A DNA stretch of 61,972 nucleotides, counting the filler, from Platydemus manokwari (taxonomy: Eukaryota), in the NCBI GenBank assembly GCA_037951405.1. It is 5 parts of 5 records of this genome, joined end to end, with 100 filler letters (N's around TTAATTAATTAA, not from the genome) between each part and the next. Parts side by side here need not be neighbours in the genome. Positions count along the whole stretch, not along the records: positions 36,874 to 49,936 come from JBBMOY011858055.1; positions 50,037 to 61,972 come from JBBMOY010381111.1; 3 more parts are not named here. One strand, given 5' to 3'. Shown piece by piece: positions 42,953 through 54,649 of the stretch; within the stretch, counting starts at the first letter, position 1, and each line of letters begins with the position of its first letter. The notes under the pieces are model-generated. The model searched no databases, had not been told where the DNA came from, and saw only the letters and a list, made by a program, of their open reading frames with translations. The position numbers were made by a program, and so were the translations under genes.

Positions 42953-43131
42953 TTTCAGTACAAATAATCAAATAATTGATTTTATTATGATATTGATTTT
43001 TATTAGATGAGAGCTATTGGATGAGACTGACTTGTTGGATTGAATGAATTTGTTGAGATCGAATAATTCAAAACAATGACAATAGAGACAAATAGAATAA
43101 AGACGAATTCAAGCCAAAGATTATTTGTTGA

Positions 43132-43145
43132 GTTGCTTTGGTAAT
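43132..43145. promoter_or_regulatory. Candidate RFX X-box upstream of the CCDC42-like gene
   Basis: GTTGCTTTGGTAAT, close to GTTRCCATGGYAAC, about 180 nt upstream of the ATG; extra tagcaac half-site near 43160. Confidence 0.4.
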
Positions 43146-43599
43146 ACAAACATAAATTAGCAACAAATAAACAATTAAAACAACAATGGGTCAAAAAATG
43201 TGTAAGAATTCAAATGGTTATGCCGATCCAAGATTGTGATTGTCTTTCAACTCTCATAATATTTCCATAAGTTTGAGTCCAGTGATAATTAATACTGATG
43301 TTAGTACTTATATCATTTTTAGATGTGCCATGAAAAAGACATATTGAATCTTCTTAGCACAAAATATTTGACGAGTTTTTATTGATTTATGAAAGAACCT
43401 TGCCGGATATGATCTTGCAAACGGTTTTCGAAATGGTTTTCGATTTTGGACACCGTTTTGTTTCGCATGCAATATTAGTCTCATATTGTGATATCATTTT
43501 GGTTCATAATCAATGAACACGTTATGATATTTACTAAAATCGAATCACAGAAGAATATAATTTGCAAATAACAATTCATACAAGTTCGATAAAATTGTC

Positions 43600-44072
43600 G
43601 ATCCACAACACTCAAGAATCACGAAAATATTTAGTATGCTATAAAAACCAGGGAAAAACCCTCAATAGCCAATCAACTGTTTTCTAAACATTAACCCACG
43701 TATAGAAATCGATAATCAGTTGTCCCACACTAACAATAGGCAAGAACACTCAGATACACCAATAGCACGAATGATACATAGAAATTTGCTAATAAAACGA
43801 TGCGTGAACAGTCCTATCAAATGAAAAGTTAAGCTTTGAGACATCAAGTGAACACTTATGATAAGCCTATTCAAGAAGTTGCACCTCACATCACATCTAA
43901 CGGTCTTTCTTAATTGGTAACTATTATCTATGTGACTTTTGTTGTTTTCTAACAACTAATCTTTATGGTTGTTATCTTTGTGATTTTTTATTTTTTGATT
44001 TGTGATACTGCTGTTCATTTATTATTGATTTGACTATTGAGAGTGTGATTCCGGACTGTGATTATTTGTCTA
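43600..44072 (+). mobile_element. Dispersed repeat, probable solo LTR (copy 2)
   Basis: Colinear with 3554-3992 over about 450 nt. Confidence 0.45.
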
Positions 44073-45027
44073 TTTTATTTTCTGTAAAAGATTGTGATAG
44101 CTAATTATATTTTTGATATTATGCGTTAGTGAATATTAGTAACAAAAATGAAGTTGCTCAAAGAAACAAATGTCAATATCAGAACGAGTTCAATACCAAA
44201 AAAATACTTAATAATAAAATTGATCCACCAAGAGAACTGGCAGTTGTCATCGAGGATAGACTTCTTTATATTCTTGTCCTGTGCATTGATCTGTTGACTT
44301 GCGACCTTGCTTTTCATTTGTTAGAACCGTTTGAAGGTTAGCCTATTAACAAATTTCCTTATATATATTGTGTTATTAGTTCATCGCCTGCTGTTGATAT
44401 ATGTCAATTGAAAATCGAAATCTAATAAGAAATTGATAATTTGAATTCAAATAATTAGCTTCTAACAACTGTTTGAAAGCTGTTTCCGTGGTTTCAGTAG
44501 GTATTTCGGTCAGTTAAAGTTACATATTTCACAGTCACAATACATACTTATTTAGTATTGCTTGTAAACTAATATTTATTTTTATTTTTCAAGTAAGATA
44601 ATTTAAAACTGTTCTTATTCTTTCAGTAACAAAAGTTATATTCTAATTCTGTGAAGAGAAATGAGTATCCTTATCATTTCTTTTAATCACTCCTCACTCC
44701 ATCTCAACATCTGGCATGAAAATGAAAAATTAAACAAAAAATTTAAATAATAAAAAATATATTTTAGGTGACTTGAACAGATGAATTTGCTTAACAAAAA
44801 ATATCAGATGACAGAGTTTTTATAACCTGGAGCTCACGTGATGGAAACTACGACAATGAATTCAAAATAATTAAAACTATTTTTTTACCAGTTCAAATTT
44901 ATTATTCAATAAAATTGCATTTAAAATTAATCTCGATCTTTCTCATTTGTTTTAAAAACCAATTGGTCATTATATATTAGTTTCCGTGGTTTGATTAATC
45001 GAATTTATTTAATTAATCGAATTTAAT

Positions 45028-47170
45028 ATGGCTCACCATATTCCGAAAGCTCCTGGCTATTATTCTATGCTCAAAGATGGCGCTAGAGTAAATATCGATT
45101 GACAAAGATTTATTGGTCATATTTTATCTGCTAGTATTTCCAAGGATTGGAGGAATCGGTTATCAGAAATATTCACGCATGTAAAGCTCTTGGCAAAACC
45201 GTGTCATCGAGTTTTGGTCCAATGGGAATGAATAAAATGGTCATCAATCATATCGAAAAGAAATTTGTAACCAAAGATGCAGCAACGATTTTACGGGAAC
45301 TCGAGGTGGCTCATCCAGCTGCTAAAATAATGGTTCTAGCAGCGCAGCAACAGGAACAAGAATGTGGCGAAGGCACCAATTATGTCATTTTATTGATCAC
45401 ATCTCTGTTGGAGAAAGCTGAAGAGCTATTAGAAATGGTGAATGTCATAAAAATAACTATTAACTATGACTTGGCATTCAGGGTTTGTCAGTAGTCAGTA
45501 TCACGGAAGGGTACGAATTAGCGACAAGGAAAACTTTATCGTATTTGAAAGGTTATCAAAAGTGTATTTCGAATTGAAAATAATGACATCTCGATATTAT
45601 TAGATATGATCTTGGAAAAGATAGATATAATGGACAGAGAGAAGATTCGTCAAGTGCTACATTGTGTCATTCAATCAAAGGTTGCCGATGAAGGTCAAAC
45701 ATTGGCAAAATTAGTCGCCAACGGTTGTGGTATGTCCCATAAGTGAAATATATTTCGAATTAATTCATACACTTTCAGTGGGTATCATGAAAGATAAGAA
45801 GAATTTTGATACTGATAATATGAGGATTGTGAAAATTTTGGTGAGAAATAGTTTGAGCTGAAATCGTTCCACCATACATTATCACCATGATCTGACAGCT
45901 TCGTTTATAATATTCTTTTCTAATCCATTTCAAATGAGATTGATATGTGTTAATTTTATATTTCCAGGGTGGTGGTGTGTATAATTCTCAGCTAGTCAAA
46001 GGAATGGTTTTCTGTAGAGATACTCAAGGCAATGTAAAAGAAGCTATCAATGCTAAAGTTGTTATTTATTCTTGTCCATTTGATATTGTTCAAACTGAAA
46101 CGAAAGGAACAATATTGATTAATACTGCCGCCGAACTGACAGCTTTCAGTAATGAAGAAGAAGAGGATGTTGAATCGAAAATTAAAGGTCTCATAAGTTG
46201 TGGTATCAAAGTAAATATTTTCAAACATGGTGATGAAGGATTTCGATTGTGACAAATTAGGTTGTGATTTCTGGTGGAAAAGTCGGAGACTTACTACTTC
46301 ATTATGCAAATAAGTATAAATTACTTGTGGTGAAGATCAACAGTAAATTTGATCTTCGTCGATTGAGCACTGTGACAGGAGCAACAATTTTATCGAGTTT
46401 GATAATTCCTTGCAACCAAGAAATTGGGCATATCGATCATGTCTATACCGATGAAATAGGAAAACGAGTCGTTGTGGTTTTTGAACAAAGTAGGAATAGT
46501 GATAAATAAAGGAAATATTTGTAATTTTGTTATAGAAGGCCAAAGTGGTAATATCGCAAGCATTGTTGTTCGAGGAAGTATGGATGGGCTTCTTGATGAA
46601 GCTGAGAGAGCTGTGGAGGATGCCATAAATACTTATAAATGTCTAACAAAGGAAAACGCTGTTGTTCCTGGAGGAGGAGCAACTGAAATAGAGTTGTGTG
46701 AAAAACTGTCTGAAGATGCTGACAAGTGCCCTGACCTCAAACAATATGCCATGAGACAGTTTGCACAAAGTTTCGATTTGGTAGTGAAGGCTCTTATTCA
46801 AAATACTGGAATGAAGGTAAAATATTTGTATGGGAAATATATTTTAGGAATATATTGAAGGCTGTTGATGCAATCACAGATCTCCATCAATCACACAACC
46901 AGGGCAACAAGCATCAAGGTCTCATATGTGGTGATGATGGTACAAAATTAGGCAATGTGGTTGAGGCAAATATATTTGATTTATATTCTGTTCGACACTG
47001 GGGCATAAAATTTGCTGCCGATGCCGCCATTTCAATTTTAAAAGTTGACCAAGTTGATTTGTAGAATTTTTATTATAGATGAAATTGATTTTGTCTAATA
47101 GGTTATTATGGCTAGACCAGCTGGAGGAGTTGCTAAACCTAAGCAACCAGGAGCTCCGAATGAGGATTGA
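45028..47170 (+). CDS. CCT8: T-complex protein 1 subunit theta (chaperonin CCT), 10 exons
   Basis: Exons 45028-45087, 45135-45437, 45482-45551, 45604-45729, 45779-45840, 45968-46210, 46261-46489, 46536-46816, 46861-47052, 47102-47170, all GT-AG. MAHHIPKAPGYYSMLKDGARYFQGLEESVIRNI, TKDAATILRELEV.HPAAK, SKFDLRRL, PGGGATEIEL and VDQVIMARPAGG are theta-type motifs. Confidence 0.97.
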
Positions 47171-48079
47171 ATTTATTTTGTTATGGTTTTGTCTGTTTGA
47201 ACTGTTTATTTTTCAATGAAAATTATTGTCGGGGATCATTAAATAATCATTAAATAAATCAATTAAATAACGAGTTGACATTCATAAATATACCGTCATG
47301 TAAAATGATGTTTTAAACTTTAACTTTTTATATTATTTTTTTATATTTATTTTTTATATTTATACATTGAATTTTATTGGATTTATTTATAAAATTTTTT
47401 ATGGGACTTACTAAAGACATTTATTTCTATTAATAGATTTATCAATCTTATTGATTTTGAATTCTTTTATTTTTGTCCTTATTAAATTTTTATTGGTAAA
47501 TACTTCAGATTTGCTTTTTTATTCAGCATTCTTCAGGTTTGAAACTCTAAAATTGGTATGAAATACCATCCATTCACTACCCTATAAGGGTATGTTGCCA
47601 AAAGCTAACTATACCTACTTATGACATACTGGTTTATGTGCATTGACAAACATTAAACTTTCAGTCCGTAACGTTTGTGTTAGATTTTTGATAAGATACT
47701 GAAAATGTGTGTATCTCACCTGTACGTACGCTTTTCAATAAGGTATATCATAGTTTTTATCGTTATCTGGATTTGAAAAATAAACAAACTAATAGAAATG
47801 TAAATGTATATCATTATCCATTAATGTCTTTTCTTTCAATTATTAATTTTATCCGAATTTTTCTTTACAGCAATTTGATTGACCTCATAAACAAAAATTG
47901 CTCATAAAATTATTTTACCCACTTAATGTGAGAAGAGCATTCGTCTATTAAACATTTAATGAAGAAATTTCGATTTTGTTGAATATTTACAAATCTAAAG
48001 GATTAAAAATCATAAAATGTAGTAGATTTTATTCATAAATATTTTTAAATATTCAAAGAATAAACAATTATAATTTATT

Positions 48080-48880
48080 TGAATCGATAAATTGTTACCA
48101 CAATTCATTAACGAGTCGATTAACTAAATGATTGCCACAACCTTTCTTCATCATTCTCAACACAAAAAGCCATCCGTTCGTAAATATTGATCGATAAAAT
48201 TAGTAATTCGTAATGATTATATTTGTTTGATTGATGCGGAGAGGTATTAGTTGATAAAATTAAGTGTATGTCGTCATGACATTGATGAGTCATGACATCA
48301 AATTAATAACATTGCATAATGCTAGAATAATGAAAAGAGGTTGTAAAAGAATGAAGAGCTTTTCATTTACGAGATTTACAGACATGATGCAATTAATGCT
48401 GTAACTATTGTACGATCTCAACACAACGACATTGGGAACAAATTCCACATCAGATCTTGAATATTTCGTGTTGTTCGATTCATTAATTGAAGAGAATATT
48501 TGAAATCAATTGGATAATCGCAATTGAATGTCGAATATTGATGTGATGATGATTACTTGTATGAAACACATGGCAACTGTAGCGGATTTGAATGCAATAT
48601 GGCGAGAACTCATCCAATTTCGAAGATTTCTAGAAAATCCCATATAACTAAGTTTTGTTTGAAACCACACTGTGACGTTGCGGAAACAATGGTTATTGTT
48701 GATGTGGCTTTTATTGATAAGAGAAATGAAATTACTGGACTTTGTTGCTTCAGAATTATTATTATTGTTATTATCATTACTATAATTTTCTTTACTCGAA
48801 CTGTTTTCTAAGTCCCTTTGTGAAGTTATATAATCAATATCGTTGCTATATTCATTTACACTATTGCCTTTACGATTCTA
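48080..48880 (-). pseudogene. Innexin pseudogene (C-terminal half, intronless)
   Basis: Minus frame: NWMSSRHIAFKSATVAMCFIQVIIITSIF...FVPNVV...YSINCIMSVNLVNEKLFILL...FIDQYLRTDGF/VLRMMKKGCGNHLVNRLVNELW. Matches innexin TM3, FP.V..C...N..NEK.F, YL..DG.F.LR and LW motifs; contains stops and frameshifts. Confidence 0.8.
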
Positions 48881-49936
48881 GATGCATATACTTATTATAC
48901 CTAATAATTCACTTTATCTAAACGACTCAATTTTCAATTAGATTTATCTGATACTGAACTTATTCTATTGACGTACAATTTATGCTTTTTAGTTATTATA
49001 AAATTTGATAGTTTAGGGATCCAATATGTCGAATTTATCGCGAAATCAACGCTTAATACGGAAAGCTTAAATGCGGAATAACTATCTCACAATTCAATTG
49101 ATCAAATTGCAACTCACAGTCCTTTAAGGATTCAGTCAATTCCAATTTGGAATTTTTTAGACTTCTTATATTCTTATTTTTCAAAACTTTAAATTAGCAC
49201 TTTGGCTCAAATTCAACCTGTTATTTTGCAATTCTAATTTAGAATTCTCAAACTAATACAATTTACGAATTTTCGATTTATCCCTTTCTTACAGCTTATA
49301 AATTTTAAATTGTCTCGGGGTACCAATTGGTAATAATTTATCAAATTTTGAACTATCATCTATCGGATATCAGAATCTTTAACAAATTTTAGATATAATT
49401 CTTCATTACTTCACTTATCAAATATTATTTTTTAGTATCATTTGATGTTTTATTTTATTTCTTACTTTGAATACTACCAACATTATCATACGACGTAATT
49501 AATCTACGGTGTTATGATGACCCTGGGTAAAATAATAAACCCTTCTTTTGTATATCTCTTGGCTTGTTCTACTTCGATCACTTCAATACTGGTATGAAGA
49601 CGAAATGCGTGGCTATTAAACTCCTTAAAGTGTTGTTAAACACCTTATGTTTTATAAATATTATGATCATTACTACTCCAATTGTCTCTTTATAATTTAT
49701 TATTATTAAACCCTTTCCGACTCTACCAATAAAAGACAATGAAGTGACAATAATGTAATGCTTTAGAACAAATGAGTGATAATTTATTAGTAATTTATAA
49801 GTAATTTATAAGTGATAATTTAAACAATTGTTATACCAAAAATATTCATTCCAAAATTAAATAATATTAGGCTGAGTCAAAAGTTATTCATGTTTTTTAG
49901 TTGTTTAAAGTTTTTGTTTTACCAAATCATTTAAAC

Positions 49937-50036
49937 NNNNNNNNNNNNNNNNNNNNNNNNNNNNNNNNNNNNNNNNNNNNTTAATTAATTAANNNNNNNN
50001 NNNNNNNNNNNNNNNNNNNNNNNNNNNNNNNNNNNN
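49937..50036. other. Assembly gap spacer
   Basis: 44 N + TTAATTAATTAA + 44 N. Confidence 0.97.
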
Positions 50037-50147
50037 TGATTTTACTAATAAAGCCGTATTAAAATGTAACACAATATTTTTAGTATTTTTCTCTTGTTCA
50101 ATGATCTTAATATGGAATATATATTATTATTATTATTTTCTTTACAG

Positions 50148-50276
50148 ACTGTCAAAAACGAAAAGATTTCTGCTCTGTGGAAAGGTTTCGTACCGACTTG
50201 GTATCGGATTGGTCCTTGGAATATCATATTTTTCTTAACATATGAGCAGATCAAGAAATTCAATTTTATTATATGA
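50148..50276 (+). CDS. Terminal exon of a mitochondrial carrier (SLC25A14/SLC25A30, BMCP1/KMCP1-like)
   Basis: After the tttacag acceptor: [37 protein letters not shown]; [12 protein letters not shown] is characteristic of this subfamily. Upstream exons not found and probably lie in the gap. Confidence 0.85.
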   Translation, partial: TVKNEKISALWKGFVPTWYRIGPWNIIFFLTYEQIKKFNFII

Positions 50277-50511
50277 ATATTTTTATTTTTGCCATCATCC
50301 CGGTTTGAACAGTTCCGTTTTGTAAAAGCTATGTTTAGAGATTCACATAACAAAAGAGAGATCTATAAATTGGCATATTTTGTTTATTCGCATTAGAATA
50401 AATTATTTGGTTAAGAACTTTTTATTTGGATAAATTTATTTGATACGGTGGAAGATAAATTTCTAAGAAATCTTATATAATAAACAGCAAATAAAAAAAT
50501 ATATCAATCTT

Positions 50512-53500
50512 TTAAGAATTTTCCACTTGTTGAATTTTTCGCTCTATTTGTTTCAAGAATTTTTCGGAAATTCCAGCATTTCTAGAAACAAATTATAACA
50601 TTTCATTATATAGAAAAATACAAACCGTAATTCTTCGAGTTTTCTGTTTTTGGCTTCTTCTATTCGTATTCTTCTGAATCGCTTTTCTTCCTCCAATTTT
50701 TCACCCTCTTTAAAGAAAGCGTTTCTTTCTGCAATTTTTGCTTCTTCGTTTTTTCTTATTTGATTCCTGATTTCTTTTGAATATTCAGAACTCTTGGACT
50801 TATTGATTTCTTCCATTTGTTTCTCGCGCTCCATTAATTCTTTTTGAACCCTATGTTTATATTAAATAAGTATTAATTTATAATGGTTACCGAATGGTTC
50901 TCTCGAATTCTGCTCTATCTCTGGCAGCTTGAATGGCCAAGAAATGTTCTTTCATTTCTGCCTGTTCAGCTCTGGCATTTTTAAGATCATCTTCGATTTC
51001 CTTTTTCTTGATTTCGTGTTCTATCTCTTTTCTTCTCCATTCTCTTTCTGCTTCTTCCTGAAATTTAAAAATGTAAAGATATTTATAAAACTAAATCTCA
51101 CCATAGCTCTTCTGGCCCGAAGTTCATCTCTTTCAGATTGTTCATCTCGAGCTCTTTCTTGTAGACCTCTTAAACGTTGAACTTCATGTTCTTTTTCTGC
51201 TTTTATTCGCAAAATCTCCGCTTCATGTTCAGCTTCTCTTAATGCTTTTTCTTTTTGAATTTCAAGGACTCGAAGGTCAAGTAATTGTTCTAATTCTTTT
51301 TCTTTTATTTTTCTTTCCAACATTTCTTCATTGGATTTATTTAAATCGTGTCGCAGTTTCTCTTGGTTGGCTTTGATTTTCAAACGTTTTTCAATTTCCT
51401 CCTTCATAAGAATAGCAATTCTGTCTTTTTCCAATTTGTTTTCTTGGTCCTTTCTTTCCAATTCAATCAATCTCTCTTGTTCGTTTTGTTCGATTTGTTG
51501 AATAATTGATGAAGCTGCAATGAGTTCCTATAAAACAAATACTAATCATAAAAACAAAATGGTAATAGATGAGATTATAATTTCTAGTATTAGTGAAAAT
51601 TTTAATATCCAAAACTTAGTTGGATTAGGTAATAATAATAATATTATTATTTTTTCATAAACGTTCAATCTGAAATTTAGATGAAATAAATAATTACGTT
51701 AAAATTATCATGAATATTGGAAATTAATCTTGAATATCTTTTTCATCACAATTGGAATCAATCACATATTGTACAAAAACTATGGGTGTAAAATATAGCT
51801 TTTATTTGGAACATTAAGATTTATTTTGTTTAAATTAATGTTGATGATGTCTTTGTATTATATTTATGAATTGAATTAATTGAAACTCATTAATTATTAA
51901 AATAAATGTTAAAATAAATTTGAGTGTCAATTCTAATATTACGTTAATCCAACTTATAAATCAACCTCTTCTTTGCGCTTCAATTCAATTTCCGATTGGA
52001 GTTTTAAGGCATTCACCCTGTCGATTTCCATCATTTTATCCAATCGTAATTCTTCTTCCAAATTTTCCTTTTTGATAATTTCTTTCTCAAGTATTTGTGC
52101 ATCACGAATGGCTTGTATTTTAGCATTCAATATCAACTCATTCAATTTCTTAATTTCATCTTCTTGTTCTTGTCTTTGTTCCATGGCTTTCTTTAATAAC
52201 ACTTGAGCCTTTAGATATGCCTCTTCTTCCAGGTCAGTCATTTTGTCATTCTTTTGTCGCATTATGTCGTATCTTTTCATTTCTTGACGTCGTTCTTGTG
52301 ATGTCAACTAAATAGTGAAAATATTAATATAGATAAGTAATAATTATATTTAATTATATAATTAATATGTAATGAATTTTGTAATACTCGATTATACTAT
52401 TATTATTATTATTATTATCATTTTTTCATTTATTAATAAAAGGAACCTTATTATAAAGTCGTCGAGGATTTTTATAAATTTGAAAAATATTATTTAAAAA
52501 ATTAAACACAAAGAAAATGTACTGCTAAAAAATTATAATTGCCTCAATTTGTCTATGCTTACGCACACACACACACACATTTATATAGGGTGGCCCAAAA
52601 GTAGGTTTGCAGTTATTAAAGTGTGTGTGTGTCAGAACGTGCTGGAGAGATTTGAAGAATGTTCAAGTAGGATATTTTGAGCATCTGAGAGATTACATTG
52701 TTTTTGTTAACAGGTATAACGTATTTCCCACTGTTATAGTGCCGAATTTTCAAATAAATAGTCTCTATTATAACTGTAAACCTACTTTTGGGCCACCGTG
52801 TATATATAATAAATTCTTTTTCTTTCTTTACCAATGAACTTCATTTTATAATTTAAAATCAAATAAGTATCAAATGGTATTTAAATAGCAAACCATCACT
52901 AGCTTATCGTCTACAAGTCTACATATGGGTCTTGCTTTACATAATTTAAGCTGTAAGAAAGATAATAATCCAGACATTAAATAAGTTTGGAAACATTTTC
53001 TTTCAGGTTTCAAGTAAATAACTTGATGTCATTTGTATTTTTCTGGAACTTACAATCTTGATTATTACTGATAGCCACGAGAGATATCAATCCTTTGAAA
53101 GATATTTGCATAGTTTATAATGAAATGCAAGTACAATCCCCCATTACTCATCCACATTTTATCAATAATGAGACTGTATACGACCGAACAGTCATAAAGA
53201 AATGTTGTGCAGAATTCGTTTTAATTTTTTTTTAAATAGAACTTCTGATTAAGCATGCTGATTTCATGGATATGCATTTGAATTGATTTGTTTCTAATTG
53301 CAAAAAAGAAATATTTGGTTCTTAATAAAAAAAAGGAGAACTTTAGAATTCCATATTTAAATCATTTAACAATTCTGATATTATCACGATTTATTAAATA
53401 AAATAATTAATTTATTGATTTGTGTGTATTTAAGATGATATTATCGATTTTTTCTATATAAAATAAATTCAATTGATTTATCCAAGTAAACTAATAAATA

Positions 53501-54150
53501 TCGACAAATTGAAACATGATTATAAATAAAATTAAAAGAAAAATATTCAAACCATTTCTTCATCTTTTTGATGTTTTATGTATTCTTCTCGTTTCAATTT
53601 TTCTTCTTGCGTCATCACTTTAGCTCGATTTCGAAGCCTAGAATAATCTGAAATATCGAGAACCATTGATTTCAACGATGGATCTTCTCGAGGAACTCTT
53701 AAGATAATAAATATTTCCATCCAAACTTAGATCGATGTTATCTACCTTAAATTTCGAACCATGTCTTTGCTGATAATTCGAATTGTCTCTTCTTTAGCAG
53801 TTTGCTTGTTTTCAATTAGATTTCTGACACCTCCATACGTGATGATGTGCTCAGGTTCTTCTCGATTGATTTCACAATTGGATGAGGTCTAGTTTTCAGA
53901 ATAGAAATGATTTGTTTTATTCATATCCGATAATTAACCTTTCTTAATTTCAAATGATTTGGTTCCCCAAAAAGATTTTCCTCGACATGAGAAACTCGAC
54001 TAATTGTTCGGTAAGAATTTCCCTTTGATCTCCTTGAACCACTTGAACTATGGCTTTGAATCCCTTGGCTTTGGGAACTACAGATACTTCCAGCAGACTT
54101 AACAATAAAACATTTACAAACAAAATACTAAGCCTATATTTACATACCAT
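50512..54150 (-). CDS. CFAP45: Cilia- and flagella-associated protein 45 (CCDC19)
   Basis: ATG 54150-54148, then intron, SAGSICSS...YRTISRVSHVEENLFG, ETIRIISKDMVRNLRVPREDPS, EQEDEIKKLNELILNAKIQAIRDAQILEK, EVQRLRGLQERARDEQSERDELRARR, ERNAFFKEG; stop at 50512. Trichohyalin-plectin-homology-type coiled coil. Confidence 0.92.
52586..52800 (+). mobile_element. Internally deleted Tc1/mariner element (MITE B) in a CFAP45 intron
   Basis: ~30-nt TIRs (tagggtggcccaaaagtaggtttgcagtta / taactgtaaacctacttttgggccaccgtg) with TA on both sides. The interior keeps the transposase tail VCQNVLERFEEC../GYFEHL. Confidence 0.88.
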
Positions 54151-54177
54151 AATTATTATTCAAATAAATTCTGAACT

Positions 54178-54191
54178 ATCACTATGGTTAC
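54178..54191 (-). promoter_or_regulatory. Candidate RFX X-box upstream of CFAP45
   Basis: Minus strand GTAACCATAGTGAT fits GTNRCCATRGNNA(C/T), about 28 nt upstream of the ATG of a motile-cilia gene. Confidence 0.45.
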
Positions 54192-54649
54192 ATAACTAGT
54201 TTGATCAAACAAACAAAATGTTTTCAATGAAATTATTTTTTCGATATGAATAATTAACTTTAAAGTTTATTATTCAGATACATAATCATCAAAAATTAAC
54301 TTTTTCTCTAAAACAAGATTTCAGTATATTATTGTTATAATTTTAGGTCATCAAAAATTATTACCATAGATATAGATAAACTTTGAAAATTTTATCTCTC
54401 AGTGCACTCAACAAAGAAGAAAGTTTTTTGTATCCTGGAAAACAATAAATATTTCATCTATTGTAACAATGATGCATCAACAGCTAGAAATTCATAGACT
54501 ACCATCAATTTCTGTTGTTTTAGATTCCTAAAATAATGTTATTGTTTAAGCTACCAATTGCTGTATTGAAATTTCCATTAATAAGGCCAAATAATTTATT
54601 TTAATTTCCTATTAGTATTTCTGAAATCGAAATATATCTTTTCAGCAAC

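Noticed and set aside
43003-43500. Hydrophobic minus-strand ORF pieces upstream of the CCDC42-like gene
   Set aside because: Could not be spliced into an open frame or matched to a family; overlaps the likely promoter.
45992-47146. Minus-strand ORFs over CCT8, and similar antisense ORFs over CFAP45, the K2P gene and the RT
   Set aside because: Shadow frames of real coding exons on the opposite strand.
28873-48300. TGA at expected Trp positions (retroelement, innexin) as a sign of an alternative genetic code
   Set aside because: Intact genes use TGG for Trp and TGA as a true stop (CCT8, K2P). The same relics also carry TAA/TAG stops and frameshifts, so this is decay.
16655-50036. Four identical TTAATTAATTAA palindromes spaced 10-13 kb apart
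   Set aside because: Each is centred in exactly 44+44 Ns, so it is a scaffolding linker with all-frame stops, not biology.
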